Part shown: positions 49,843 through 63,500 of the stretch, piece after piece
How the letters are laid out: each line of letters opens with the position of its first letter
Position numbering within the stretch: the stretch's first letter is position 1
From: Octopus vulgaris
Lineage: Eukaryota
Length of the DNA stretch: 64,000 nt
Assembly (NCBI GenBank): GCA_951406725.2
Contig: OX597835.1
Coordinates: 22,754,001 to 22,818,000, forward strand
Direction of reading: 5' to 3'
Notes under the pieces: model-generated
The model's database searches: none
Told to the model about the DNA's origin: nothing
What the model saw: the letters and a program-made list of their open reading frames with translations, nothing else
Translations under genes and position numbers: made by a program

Positions 49843-51039
49843 TGTGTGTGTGTGTATATATACATACATACATACATACATACATACATACATACATACA
49901 TACATACATACATACATACACATTTCTGAGGGTATTAGGCTATTTCATCATTTGGGGTGGGTGTATTGTAAGTGTGTGAAAAGCAATAGAAAAATGTGTG
50001 TATATATATATATATAATTATGCATATATGTGTATGTGCATCTGTGTGTATACTCTTTTAGCATTTTGTTCGTGTCTAGAAAATTTTTTTCATGTCTATT
50101 CATTAAAAGCCAATTACCCAAAACTAAACATCATCTCCCAATCTTCCCTCTTTCTCTCTTTTACGAGTGTATGTGTGTGCATACATGTGCATATATATAT
50201 ATGTGCATATATATGTATATATATGTGTGCATGTGTAAACACACACACACATATACACACATAGCCATCACTATTTTCCCTTTCCTCTATAATTCCCATC
50301 TCTCGCTCTCCTCTTCATCAACCTAATTATCACCTCTCACCTTCCTTACCGCTCTTCCCCCCTCTCTCTCTCTAACTCACCCATCTTACTGTGCCCCGCT
50401 CTAATTCTCACCTCTCTTATATCATACACGCCATTTAATTAATAGAAACTGTTTATCAGTCCGGAACATCAAACTTTCCTCTTCAACGATAATTAATATT
50501 TTGTCAAGCTGCGGATAAGAATGGTATTGTTTCTGGTAAAAGAAATATTTCTCTCCTTGTTCTTTGAAATTCATTCAAGTATGTGTATAAATATGTGTGT
50601 GTATTTGTGTGTGTATTAGTATTTGCTTATATGTGTGTATACATACACACATACATACATTTTTCTTTGAAATTTATCTAAGTTCTTTGTAGAATGAAAC
50701 CCAATCACTAACAAAGTGGCCATGCTTTTTTGTTCTATTCTGTTTCAATCAAGAAAGTTCCAGCGATTTGTATGAGAGAGTTTGTGTGTCTATGTAAGAT
50801 TACGTGTGGATATCCTAGCTTGTTTAACATGCGTACATATCTCTTTTGTACCATATGTGTGTATATGCCATATACCCACATACACATGGTTGTATGTATG
50901 TGTCTGTTTGGGAAAATTCAGATAGAGAGTCTTTAGAAGGTTTAGCAAATTTTTACTGTCCCCTTCACTGTAATTTTGAGAATGTGAATCTGTTTATGTC
51001 TATATGCTTGTGACCAGGACCATCTCAGCAGTATTATAG

Positions 51040-51345
51040 GTTTGCTTGCTGCTGCTTCATGTTCTTGATTGGTGGGGCTGGAGTCATCCCAGCTTAGTGG
51101 ACCAGGTCCACCAGTGCTTTTCATTGTTGGTGGCAGTCCTATGCCAGCCCCTCTGCTTCCTCCAAGGAGATGTCAAGCCTCTGGAGATCTTCCCCTATCA
51201 CAGCCAGCCATCTGGTACGGAGCCTGCCATGAGACCTCTCCTGGCCTGCAGCTGCTGTGTCAAATGGGAGTAAAGCCCTAGTAGGATGATCTAGCAGGAG
51301 ACGGAGGACATGTCCGTACCAGCACATGTGATGGATAACTATGAG
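51040..51345 (-). pseudogene. 3' end of another RTE-clade LINE
   Basis: WYGHVLRL..HP...GRLRTRWLAVIGEDLQRLDISLEEAEGLA*D matches the RTE C-terminal pattern. Confidence 0.75.
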
Positions 51346-51574
51346 GTGGAAGGAATGGAGCTGATACATGCATGCATGCATGCAGTTCTGTGTTGCAAAC
51401 ATAGCATTATAGGCTCCCAGATAAATCAAAGCACGGGGCTTTATAGTATCTACATATTGACAGCAATCCACAACATACATAGATTATAACTGGGCCCATA
51501 GAACTGTGAGGGCCCCAAGCAACTTCCTAGTGCGTTCATGCCTTAAGCCAGCACTGCTTGTGATAATATGTCCA

Positions 51575-51990
51575 AATGAGATTCTACTTCATGGATACAA
51601 GGGCTGTAAATTTCTCATTTGTTCATCACAAATTTAGACAAGACATCCACACTTACTGTTAAGCTGGTCTCTTTAGCAGTGCTTCACTTTTGTTCCCTTC
51701 CATACAACAATATCAGGTTTGTTGTATTTGTACCAGTTTGCTATTTATTGTCAGAATGTTACACTGGTATTCTTTAGTTTTAAAAGTGGGGATACATTCT
51801 GGTTCTGGTTCTGGTGTGCGTTTTGTATGACTGTCAGGATTAGAACATTATTGTCCAAACTATTTACAGTGTTTCCTGCAGATAGCATTGTGAATGGTTT
51901 AAATAACAATAGCAATATTTTACAGGATAGCCACATATCTCCTCTATCACAAGACACCCATGCCTCTACTTCTACCTCTATCATACACCT
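51575..51990 (-). pseudogene. Decayed RLE-type (R4/Dong-like) retrotransposon fragment
   Basis: Minus-strand pieces IHNAICRK, YNKPDIVVWK and EIYSP resemble the RH-D and NxPDIV...KY restriction-like endonuclease motifs, with many stops. Confidence 0.45.
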
Positions 51991-52479
51991 GAAATAATGC
52001 CACCTCATCTCTGCTCAGTTCAGGGTCTTTTCTCTGTCATGCAGAGTTCCTTGGCAACCTCACAAGTACTAGCATCAAGAGAAAAGGACCCCATACACCC
52101 TGTAAAGTGATTGGTGTTATGAAGTGCATCCAGCTGCAGAAACCATACATAAGCAGATATTGCAGCTCAACACAGTCCTCTCGTTATTGATGCTATCAGA
52201 CCATCTGACCCCTGTTGGCATGACAGACAAATGTTGACTGATTATGTTGATGATGATGATGATGATGATAATGATGGTAATGATGATGATGATGACCTTA
52301 TGTGAAGGTAGTGCTTTCTGGACATTTTTGGTCAGCTGCTGTTGATATTCTCTGTCCATACCTTGAGGTTTGGATGCAACCTTATCTCCCCTGTTTTATG
52401 GCCCAGGTTGTTTAGTAACTACCACCTGTTCCTGAATAACAAAGACATGTCTAGGCAGGAAAAGGTACACACACGCATG

Positions 52480-52533
<54 letters not shown>

Positions 52534-52822
52534 TGATATTTAAGAACAACTGATGTTTCATTCAGTCCCTCCTCGAAGTTTCCCGCCACTCGCCATCAGT
52601 CAAGCAACATCGTGTGGAAAAGAGGCAGCTTAATCGTTCAATGAATAGAGATCAATAAACCAGACGAAAATAGATACTTGCGTTGATGTAATTGATTAAA
52701 ACTGTTGCAGGGTGTTCCAGCATGGCCGCAGTCCAAAGCTTAAAATGACATTAATTCTACTACTTCGAGATTGACAGCGTCTTCATTTAAACCAACAAAA
52801 TTTATGTAATAACACAGCATCA

Positions 52823-52824
<2 letters not shown>

Positions 52825-52915
<91 letters not shown>

Positions 52916-52948
52916 TGTGTGTGTTTATGTGTGTCTATCAATATTTAC

Positions 52949-52987
<39 letters not shown>

Positions 52988-53046
52988 ACTGTGTGTGTGT
53001 GTGTGTGTGCATGTGTGTGTGTTTATGTGTGTCTATCAATATTTAC

Positions 53047-53086
<40 letters not shown>

Positions 53087-53220
53087 ATGTGTGTCTATCA
53101 ATATTTACTACTGTGTGTGTGTGTGTGTGTGTGTTTATGTGTGTCTATCAATATTTACTACTGTGTGTGTGTGTGTGTGCATGTGAGTGTGTGTGTTTAT
53201 GTGTGTCTATCAATATTTAC

Positions 53221-53256
<36 letters not shown>

Positions 53257-53478
53257 ATGTGTGTCTATCAATATTTACTACTCTGTGTGTGTGTGTGTGT
53301 GTGTGTGTTTATGTGTGTCTATCAATATTTACTACTGTGTGTGTGTGTGTGTGTGTGTGTTATGTGTGTCTATCAATATTTACTACTGTGTGTGTGTGTG
53401 TGTGCATGTGTGTGTGTGTGTGTGCATGTGTGTGTGTGTGTTTATGTGTGTCTATTAATATTTACTTCTGTGTGTGTG
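52825..53478. repeat. Minisatellite: constant about 27-bp unit TTATGTGTGTCTATCAATATTTACTAC separated by variable (TG)n
   Basis: Nine copies of CTAT(C/T)AATATTTACT were counted. Confidence 0.92.
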
Positions 53479-53831
53479 TCTGTCTCTCTCTCATGCACAT
53501 ATATATATGTGCATGTATATATACGTACACACACACACACACATATATATATATATGTGTGTGTGTGTTTGTGTGTGTGTATACATATGTATGTATATAC
53601 ACATATCCTTATCTATATCTATGGACCAACATTTATATACATGTATGTGTGTGTATATTTATATATGTGAGTGTCTGTATCACTAATGCAACTATATTCA
53701 TGATGGTGTTGCTTGATCTGCTAGAAATAACAGCTGTTTTTCCTACAAGGCACAAGAAAGACGGATCAAAATGATATATTGCATAATTTGCTCCTGGAAA
53801 AAAAAAATCAAGATGGGATGGTAACAGCACA

Positions 53832-53888
<57 letters not shown>

Positions 53889-54198
53889 GTGACAGGGGGT
53901 GCATGTGTGTGTGTGTGTGTGTGTGAGTGTGCGTGTGTGTGTATACATACATGTATGTCTGTGCTTGTGATTTTACGTGTGCATATCTGCATGTGTTTGT
54001 GTGTATTTTCGTGTGCGAGTGTATGTATATGTCTATATATGTATGTATGTATATTATGTCTATATATGCATGTTTATGTCTATATGCATATATAAATGTA
54101 TATAAACATAGAAATGTATGTGTGTAAATGTATATATGTGTATATACATATATATATGTATATGTGTGTGTATATATATATGCATATATCTACGTACA

Positions 54199-54600
54199 AG
54201 TAAGCTGGCATGTGTGGAAGTAAAGCCATAAGGCTTCCACACACGCCAGCTTACCTTAATTTGTCCTTAGTCGAAAGACACCTGTTGTTATGTCCTGTTA
54301 TTTATATTTGTGTAACATATCTGGGGTTTTTTTTCTTGTCTTTGTTTCGTATACATTCGCTGCTTTCTTCCAAGGAATGTAATGCTCTTAGTTCATTTTT
54401 CCTTGAGGATGGCCAGATTGGAGCAATCTCGAGTATAACCAGCTGAAATTGCAAAGATAATCTGGAACTCAATGGAGGAAAGAAAACTCTGAATGATCCG
54501 TTCTTGTTTTCCTTGTATCGTTTGTCTGGATATTTTGTTTAACCTAACTGTCTGGATATTTTGCGTTCTTGTCCCATTTTTGTATTTTTTATATATAAAA
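54199..54600 (+). mobile_element. Dispersed repeat (also at 9590-9917) preceded by a 21-bp hairpin
   Basis: IR GTAAGCTGGCATGTGTGGAAG / CTTCCACACACGCCAGCTTAC at 54199-54253. The body matches the reverse complement of 9590-9917. Confidence 0.65.
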
Positions 54601-54680
54601 TATAGCAGCGTACATACACTTTGGTCTCTCTTTCTCTCTCTCTCTCTTTCTCTGTATATATATATATATATATATATATG

Positions 54681-55062
54681 TGGAGGCGCAATGGCCCAGT
54701 GGTTAGGGCAGCGGACTCGCAGTCATAGGAACCCGGTTTCGATTCCCAGACCGGGCGTTGTGAGTGTTTATTGAGCGAAAACACCTAAAGCTCCACGAGG
54801 CTCCGGCAGGGGATGGTGGTGATCCCTGCTGTACTCTTTCACCACAACTTTCTCTCACTCTTACTTCCTGTTTCTGTTGTACCTGTATTTCAAAGGGCCG
54901 GCCTTGTCACTCTCTGTGTCACGCTGAATATCCCCAAGAACTACGTTAAGGGTATACGTGTCCGTGGAGTGCTCAGCCACTTACACGTTAATTTCACGAG
55001 CAGGCTGTTCCATTGATTCGGATCAACCGGAACCCTCGTCGTTGTAACCGACGGAGTGCTTC
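54681..55062 (+). mobile_element. tRNA-derived SINE family D, full length
   Basis: TGGCCCAGTGGTTAGG A box and GGTTTCGATTCCC B box, inserted in (TA)n. Confidence 0.88.
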
Positions 55063-55388
55063 CATATATATATATATATATATATATATGAATATGATAC
55101 CTGTGCCGGTGGCATGTAAAAAGCACCATACTCCTGCACCTACAATATGTTAATTCCTATTTGCTTTAATGTTAATTCTACTTTTAATTTTTTCCTGTGA
55201 ACTTAGTTTAAAATTAGAAATTAGTGATGGGAAAGCAAAGCAAAAATTGATTCATTCTCACGCAATTGTTGGGATTTAATTTTTAATTCAGTTTCAAAAC
55301 TGCTTGACATTTGCTATGAGTGTGTTATAACATTCCAATCTCTGTTTCAAATAGAAGATGCCAGTTAGGTGTTTGTGCTCTGTTTTAA

Positions 55389-55836
55389 ACCATTAGTGTT
55401 CAGATTACTCTGTTAAATGTAATACTTTTTCACTCAAATTGTTTTGAATTAATCATGCATTATCTTATAGCTTTGAGGTTTCAATGATGTGATTGTTTAT
55501 TTTCAGAATGGCATTGTAGGTTAGGAGTGAGAGGCTAGATATCGCCAGTTTGAATATAAGACATGTAGAATATATTGGGCCGGATTTGGCCGGTTTAAAC
55601 ACTAAAGGGTTAAACCATTAGCAATCAATCTGGCCTTATCCAGCCAGAATATTCTACATATTTTATGTTCAAACCATACAGATACACCTCTCACACCTAC
55701 CCTACAATGTTGTCCTTCTAAAAATAAGCAAACACATCATGAAAATCTCAAAGCTACAAGATAGTTGCATGATTAACACAAAAGAATGTGAGTAAGCAAT
55801 CTTTACATTTGTCAGAATAATCTGAATGTTAAAGGG
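55389..55836. mobile_element. Inverted dimer of piggyBac-like MITEs sharing a central TTAA
   Basis: TTAA at 55385-88, copy 55389-55609 (-), TTAA at 55610-13, copy 55614-55836 (+), TTAA at 55837-40. Confidence 0.78.
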
Positions 55837-55881
55837 TTAAGCTAAATCGAGATCTCGTTTATGTATTTCTTTTACATATCT

Positions 55882-56101
55882 ACACACACACACACACACA
55901 CATAGACAGACACACACACATAGACAGACACACACACACATAGACAGACAGACACACACAGACACACACGCACGCACGCATTCACACTCACACACACACA
56001 CACACACACAGACACATACACACACAGACACGCACACATTCACACTCACACACAGACACACGCACACACACACAGACACACACACGCACGCATTCACACA
56101 C

Positions 56102-56137
<36 letters not shown>

Positions 56138-56265
56138 GCATTCACACAGACACACACACACACACACAGACACACACACACACAGACACGCACACATTCA
56201 CACTCACACACAGACACACGCACACACACACAGACACACACACGCACGCATTCACACACGCACGC

Positions 56266-56296
<31 letters not shown>

Positions 56297-56471
56297 AACA
56301 CACAGACACGCACACCCGCACGCATTCACACTCACACACAGACACACACACACGCGCGCGCACAGACACGCACACACACACACATGCACACACACACATA
56401 GACACACACACACACACACACACACGCACGCATTCACACACACAGACGACACACACACACACACACACACA
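55882..56471. repeat. (CA)n-based higher-order repeat with recurring CGCACGCATTCACAC
   Basis: Directly visible. Confidence 0.9.
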
Positions 56472-56683
56472 CTTTCATCGCAAAGTTTGTATTTGATTGC
56501 ATGACAATTATTTACAACTATCACACAATGTCAATACAAGGAGATGCAAACATTTATATATATATATATAAGATATGTAAAGACTGTGGGGTGTAGTCCT
56601 ACGTCAGCAACATCAAATGGATATAGAACCAAAGGCATTCCACTATGAACATCTACCTGTGTGTGTGCGTATGTGTGCGTGCG

Positions 56684-56720
<37 letters not shown>

Positions 56721-57661
56721 GTGTGTAGATATGCATTTGTGTATATGCGTTTGTGCCATTATTTCAATAGCCACTTTTCCACATTTGCATGAGTTGAACA
56801 AAGTTTATCGAGGTTGGTTATTTACAGCCGGATGCTCTTCCTGTTGCCAACCTCTCACCTGTTTTGAAGCTCGGCAATATTTCCCTATGGCTAGACATGT
56901 TTTCACAGAATATTGTAAATGAATGACACTGCTTGTATCACAGTGACAATTATTTACAACTATCACACAATGTCAATACAAGGAGATGCAAACATTTATA
57001 TATATATATATATATATACTGTGTAAATTATGAGGGTAAATAATTGAAATAATTTATTACCGGTGATTCACATGCATAATAAAAAGTCATAAGACATGAC
57101 ATATTTTTTATATATAAGAGTGTATAAAGATTTATACACAAGAAGAAGATTTATTTTTTCGTGGTTACTGGGCTTATTAGAAATAGCAGCTAAAAAAACT
57201 TTTTTTAAAACTATCTTTAAAGAAACACTCTCTCATATAGTGCTGTGTTCAATTCAACTCACGAAAGGTGGGATGTAGAGGAGAAACATTAAAAGAATCA
57301 AATGCAGGTTATTTGGGTAGAACGTAGAAGATTAGTCAAACCTACGTGTGTATCATATTGCTCAGGGATGGATGTTGGATATATGATTTTAAACATCCAG
57401 GAGCTATACCTATACTTGGCTTCTAACCTATCGCCTTCTAGTTTAGGTTACTCGACAACAGTGCCATCTATTGAGACAATTTTCCTACACCTGGATACCC
57501 TTCCTATCGCCAACCATTGTTTCTAAAATCAACAAGAACACATTTTTTCGGTAAAATCACAGTATTCCTACAGGGAGATGAATTATAATATAACAATTAT
57601 ATATATATATATATTAATATATATTATATATATATATATACACACATACATATATATATAT

Positions 57662-58615
57662 ATCATCATCATCATTTAACATCCGCTTTCCATGCTGGCA
57701 TGGATTGGACAATTTGACTGAGGACTGGTGAGCCAGAGGCTGCATCAGGTTCAATCTGGTCTGGTAAAGTTTCTACAGCTGGATGCCCTTCCCAATGCCA
57801 ACCACTCCAAGAGTGTAATGGGTGCTTTTTATGTGCCACCGGCACAAGGGCCAGTCAGGCGATTCTGGCAATGACCACACTCATGCTCAAACGGTGCTTT
57901 TACATGCTACCTGCATGGGAGCCAGTCTGGTGGCACTGGCAACGACCATGGTCAAATGTTGTTTTTCACATCCTACTGGCACATGTACCAGTAAGGCGAT
58001 GCTGGCAACGATCATGCTCGAGTGGTGCTTTTCACGTGTCACCGGCACAGAAGCCAATCCATGGCCCTGGCACCAATCACGCTCAGACATGCTTTTAACG
58101 TTCCACTGGCACAAGTGCCAATCAGGCAGTACTGTCATCGGCCACGTCAACAATTTTGGTTTGTTTATAGTTGCCTCAACAGGTCTTTGCAACCAAAGTT
58201 CATTGTCCAATGAATGAGGAGTACTCATAAGTGGCCCAGTTACACCCCATGTTTGGATGTGCTTTTAATGTTCGACTGGCACAAGTGCCAATCACGCAGT
58301 ATTGTCATCGGCCACGTCAGAGATTTTGGTTTTGATTTTGATTTCACTTGCCTCAATAGGTCTTCACAAGCAAGGTTTATTGTCCAATGAATGAGGGGTA
58401 TTCATAAATGGGCTAGTTACACCCACTGGCATTGGCACATACATATATATATATCATCATCATCATCATCATCGTTTAGCGTCCGCTTTCCATGCTATTG
58501 GACGGTAACTATCTGTGAAGCCAGAAGGCTGCATCAGGCCCAGTCTGATCTGGCATGTTTCTATGGATGCCCTTCCTATCTGTGAGTGTATGGGTGCACA
58601 TCCACCTGCACAGGT

Positions 58616-58655
<40 letters not shown>

Positions 58656-59070
58656 TCGTTATTATCATCATTTAACATTTGCTTTCCATGCTTTCCATGG
58701 GTTGGGCGGTTTGACTGAGGTTTGGAGAGCCAGCGGCTGCACCAGGCACCAATATGATATATATATATATATACATATATATCATCATCATCATCATCAT
58801 CGTTATTATCATCATTTAACATTTGCTTTCCATGCTTTCCATGGGTTGGACCAGCACAGGAGCCAGTCAGGTGGGCATGGCATCAATCATGTTCAGATTG
58901 TGCTTTTTACATGTCACTGGCACAGGAGCCATCAGAGGGCACTAGCATCAACCACTTTTGGATTGTGCTTTTTACTTGCCACCGACATGGGAGCCAGTCA
59001 GGCGTACCTTGTATTGAGTATGTTCAGGTGGTGCTTTTTACATGCTACCAGCATGGGGGCCAGTCGGGTG
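57662..59070 (-). mobile_element. Cluster of decayed RTE 3'-UTR copies (family B)
   Basis: A long copy at 57662-58433 with an expanded unit array, plus rearranged partial copies at 58453, 58652 and 58782. Confidence 0.8.
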
Positions 59071-60012
59071 CGGGAGACAGGCTTCTTTCAGTTTCTGTCT
59101 ACCAAATCCTTTCTCAGGGCTTTGGTCAACCTGGGACTACAGAACTATATAGTAGAAGACACTTGATTTGGTAATACTGATCAGATGTGCATGTTGTGCA
59201 TTATCTCACTCCCACCATCAGATGGACATTGCTTGAACAGGTGCTCAGCATACCATACCAGGTGTGTCAATGTGATTGCAGAGCAACGAGAGATGAAGTG
59301 TTTTTCTCAAGAACACAATGCACCACCTGGGCTAGGAAGTGAAACCATGATCTCACAATTGTGAAGTGCAACACCCTAACCACTAAGCCATGTACCTTAA
59401 AAACACACACATACACTCATGCACACACATTATATACACACAGCCACACTGACAGGTAGAGAAAAGTAAAGTGGCTGTGAATTATAGATTTGCCTTTTTC
59501 ACTGTGAATTCTGCTTGAATAATAAGTACGCAGTTTTAATGTAAGAATATTAATTCTGAAAATATTCCAGTGAACGAGTGAAATTAGGAAACTCAAACTA
59601 ATATTACGTGATAATTTCCAATCACTGCCAGTTTAGGCAGCAATAAATGTGAAGTGGTTGCTAAAAATAGTGCAGAATATTAGTGTTAAATAGTTTAGTG
59701 ACTCTTGTAATGCACACATAGTGAAGATAATGGCTTGGCCAATCATAATTTTCTATAATCAATAAATCACATTTTGTTTACATCCCCCATGGATAAATGA
59801 TTAAAAATCAATAAATAAGTCAAGTGCTAATAGACAGAAGTCAAGCAACACGAAAGAGAGAAGTGTTTCTCAGTGTGGGCCTGTATCAAGTTCATCTTAA
59901 AAAGAAACAAGAGGAAATTGAGAGAAACAAATTAGGTGTAGGCATGGCTGTGTGGTAAGAAGTTTGCTTCCCAACCACATGGTTTCAGGTTCAGTCCCAT
60001 TGTGTGGCACCT

Positions 60013-60242
60013 TATTTCTTTATTGCCCACAAGGGGCTAAACATAGAGGGGACAAACAAGGACAGACAAAGGGATTAAGTTGATTACATTGACTCCAGTG
60101 CATAACTGGTACTTAATTTATCGACCCCGAAAGGATGAAAGGCAAAATTGACCTCGGCGGAATTTGAACTCAGAACGTAATGGCAGACGAAATACTGCTA
60201 AGCATTTTGCCTGGCATGCTAATGATTCTGCCAGCTCACCGC
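60013..60242 (-). mobile_element. SINE family C inserted in a family A SINE (59936-60500, +)
   Basis: Splits the host CORE motif GGCACCTT|...|AAGTGTCTTC. Confidence 0.85.
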
Positions 60243-60561
60243 AAGTGTCTTCTATTATAGACCCACATCAACAAAAGCCTTGTGAGTGGGTTTGATAGAT
60301 GGAACCTGAAAAAAGCCCATTATGTATGTGTGTGTGTCTTCCCAACATTTGGCAACTGGTGTTAGTTTGTGTATGTTCCGACAACTTAACAGTTCAGCAA
60401 AAGAGACTGACAGAATAAGTACCAGACTTAAAAGAAATATAACTACCTTCAAGGCAGTACTCCATCATGGCTGCAATCCAATGGATGAAATGTGTAAAAG
60501 TGAGAAGAAAAAAGAACCACTTGTTTTTTGCTGATGTTTACTTATCGTGATGGCTCTGAAC

Positions 60562-60649
60562 CAACTGGACTGCATCGAATAAACAGAAACAACTGGACTG
60601 TATCGAATAAACATAGAAACAACTGGACTGTATCGAATAAACATAGAAA
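60562..60649. repeat. Three tandem 28-30 bp units CAACTGGACTGTATCGAATAAACATAGAAA
   Basis: Directly visible. Confidence 0.92.
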
Positions 60650-61370
60650 GATTTTATGTAACAAGCAGCTTAAATACAACTAAAACTAAATCGAAGTGAC
60701 ATTTAGACAACACATTCCAATTTTAGCCCTTTGTATGCTCCATATATCACGTGATACACAGGACACATTGCCCCAGCATCCATGCATCAGATGTGATACA
60801 CATTCCCCAATTTTTTCCAACCATTGGAGTAACTTGGGACTTATAAAAAGGGAAGCTTTATATTGTTCTGAAATGAAGACTAACTAAAAGTCTGAAAAAT
60901 AGAATGGGTGTTTAGGATAAACTTACAAAAATGCTTTGGGCAGGCAAATGGTTAAAAAATTTTGGTGAAAAATATTTTAATAGGAAGTGTTTGGAATGTA
61001 ACCAAAGGAAAGCTATGATTTTGTTAATTTTGTAAAAAAACAGAATGCTTGTTTTATATCACATTGGTTATCAACTCACAAAAGCTGGTGAGATATATGC
61101 AACTATAGGAAATTCAACTCTTTAACATTTAAACTGACCGTATATTCTATGTTTTATGTTTAAACTAACCAGATTTGGCCTATCATGCTTGCCATACAAT
61201 GTCGTTCTAAATATAGATGTGACTGTGTGGTAAGAAGCTTGCTTCTCAAACACATAGTTTGGGGTTCTGTCCCTCTGTGTGGCACCTTGATCAAGTGTTT
61301 TCAACTATAGCCTTGGGCCAACCAAAACCTTGTGAGTGAATTTGGTAGACGGAAACTGAAAGAAGCCTGT

Positions 61371-61407
<37 letters not shown>

Positions 61408-62062
61408 AAAAAAAGCCGCAATAATTATGCACCAACCCAACATAATGGGCGTTATGTCCGTCTGTCTGTCAGTTCCCGTTTCAAAGCCAAACTGCTGGAC
61501 CAATGGTCACGATGTCTTTCGGGAGTACGAAGGAGGTTTCCAGGAAGGTTTTTAGGGGGAAAAAATTTGAAAATGTATGATTGTTTAGTGGATATTGAGG
61601 GCAATTGTTCAGTTTACGGGCGTAAAAAAAAAAATATTAAAGAAATAAATAAAAATTAAGGGAGAGTTAACTAATAAAGGAGGCAAAGGGAAGTAAGTCA
61701 AGTTTTAATTAATATTTTATTCTTCTCCACTCAATTACGCCATATAAATCCGTGCAAATACGAGACAAACAAAACCTCTGAAGGGTCGAATTGACGGCGT
61801 AATTTGCATCCATGTATAGCCACCATTTAAAATTCCGATATCATGATATGATCGACAGCCATCATTTATTATGCGACTCCCTGTCAGAATCTTATCGTTG
61901 AATTAATGCTGTCAAAGTCTGCTCAGAACGAACAGGTACTTCCACCAAGAAACATTTCTTAGAAACTCTCTCTATTCTGCTGAATACCCACCTCCCCTTA
62001 ATTTTTATTTGCTTCTTTTTTTTTAACTCTGCAAACTGAACTATTATCGATATTGAATTTTG

Positions 62063-62484
62063 GGCGATCTTTCGTCTCTAGTAGACCTTTCCGTCGATTT
62101 CCGTAAAATTTTTTTTTTTTTTTACATATGGGCTTGCGGGAACTTTTGAAGTAATATACATATATATACACATACACCGAGTAAAAAATTTCAGTTATCT
62201 CTTTCTTTCACACATTACTCTGTCTCTTCACACACACTAACAGAAGCACTTCACTTACACAACATACTGTCTGTCTCCCACACCCCCATCAAACACACAC
62301 ACACACACGTACATCAATGCTTCACATGCACGGTAACTTCAAAAGAACTTCCCTCGTCATACAATCGCTTTCTCTTAGTCTCTTTCGCTCTCATTACTTC
62401 AAAAGTTCCCGCAAGCCCATATGTAAAAAAAAAAAACTTTTTACGGAAATCGACGGAAAGGTCTACTAGAGACGAAAGATTGCC
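62063..62484. mobile_element. MITE with about 92-bp TIRs flanked by a 17-bp direct repeat
   Basis: TIRs at 62063-62155 and 62393-62484. ATCGATATTGAATTTTG occurs at 62046-62 and 62485-62501. Confidence 0.85.
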
Positions 62485-62649
62485 ATCGATATTGAATTTT
62501 GTATTAATTAATCATCTTTGATATTTTTTGGGTTAAAATTCCGGCGACGAAGATTAACTCTGGATTCCCCCTCACACCATTATAGTTCGTAAATTCAGAG
62601 GGCTTAGATTTATTTCCTGTCATAGATGGGTGGATTCCTAAAGATTCCA

Positions 62650-62823
62650 CTCGCGCATTCACAGCAAAGAAGGTTTACTTTAGATCGTGTAGGTGTATAT
62701 TTACCCTTTCCAATGTTTACTCACGGCTGGTTATACTTTGCTTTGAATAGAGCAATGGACTCCAGGAATTTGAGAATTAGTGTCGACCAAACAGAAAATA
62801 TCGTCTACAAAGAAGTTTTGTAA
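62650..62823 (+). pseudogene. Helitron RepHel (PIF1-like helicase) C-terminal fragment
   Basis: TLDRVGVYLPFPMFTHGWLYFALNR...TENIVYKEVL* matches the Helitron helicase end (SQGQTLxxVGxYLxxPVFSHGQLYVAxSR...TxNIVYKEVL). Confidence 0.85.
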
Positions 62824-62972
62824 TCATATTGATATTATCGAAAGGAATATGATTCATAATTTAAATGAGGACATTTGTGAACTTTGAATGTATAAGAGTA
62901 TAAACAAGCGTAATATAGTGTAAACAACTAAAATAAAAGTATATCTAAATAACATAGTCAAGATTATTTGCC

Positions 62973-63086
62973 AACATATTGTGGCAGTCCTGGTTAAGAC
63001 AAATGTTGCTATTATTTAGCCCCAGGAAACTTCGTCTCCATAAATAACAGTAACAATTGTCCTAACCAGGACTGCCACATTATGTT
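62973..63086. repeat. 46-bp inverted repeat with a 22-nt spacer (Penelope-like hairpin island)
   Basis: Arms at 62973-63018 and 63041-63086 with a few mismatches. Confidence 0.7.
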
Positions 63087-63500
63087 ACTCTTTTACTTGT
63101 TTCAGTCATTAGACTGTGACCATGCTGGAGCACCGCCTTTAGTCGAGCAAATCGACCCCAGGACTTATTCTTTGTAAGCCTAGTACATATTCTATCGGTC
63201 TCTTTTTACCGAACCGCCAAGTTACGGGGCCATAAACACACCAACATCGGTTGTCAAGCGATGTTGGGGGGGGGGACAAACACAGACACACAAACATACA
63301 CACACACACATATATATAATATATATATATATATATACATATATACGACGGGCCTCTTTCAGTTTCCGTCTACCAAATCCGCTCACAAGGTTTTGGTCAG
63401 CCCGAGGCTTATAGCAGAAGACACTTGCTCAAGGTGCCACGCAGTAGGACTGAACACCCGGAACCACACACCTACTTTCCACACAGCCACACCTATGCCT
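63087..63500 (-). mobile_element. SINE family A
   Basis: Colinear with 4-419. Confidence 0.88.

Noticed and set aside
52825-53478. CRISPR-like repeat-spacer appearance
   Set aside because: Spacers are only (TG)n of variable length, the context is eukaryotic and there are no cas genes.
54398-54468. TTGAGGA...CCAGCTGAAATTGCAAAGATAATC possible hammerhead in the dispersed repeat
   Set aside because: The core differs in the 9.7-kb copy (CTGGGGG...AAAA) and the stems are out of register. It cannot be supported without a consensus.
60562-60649. Three 28-30 bp direct repeats
   Set aside because: Contiguous tandem units with no spacers: an ordinary minisatellite, not CRISPR.
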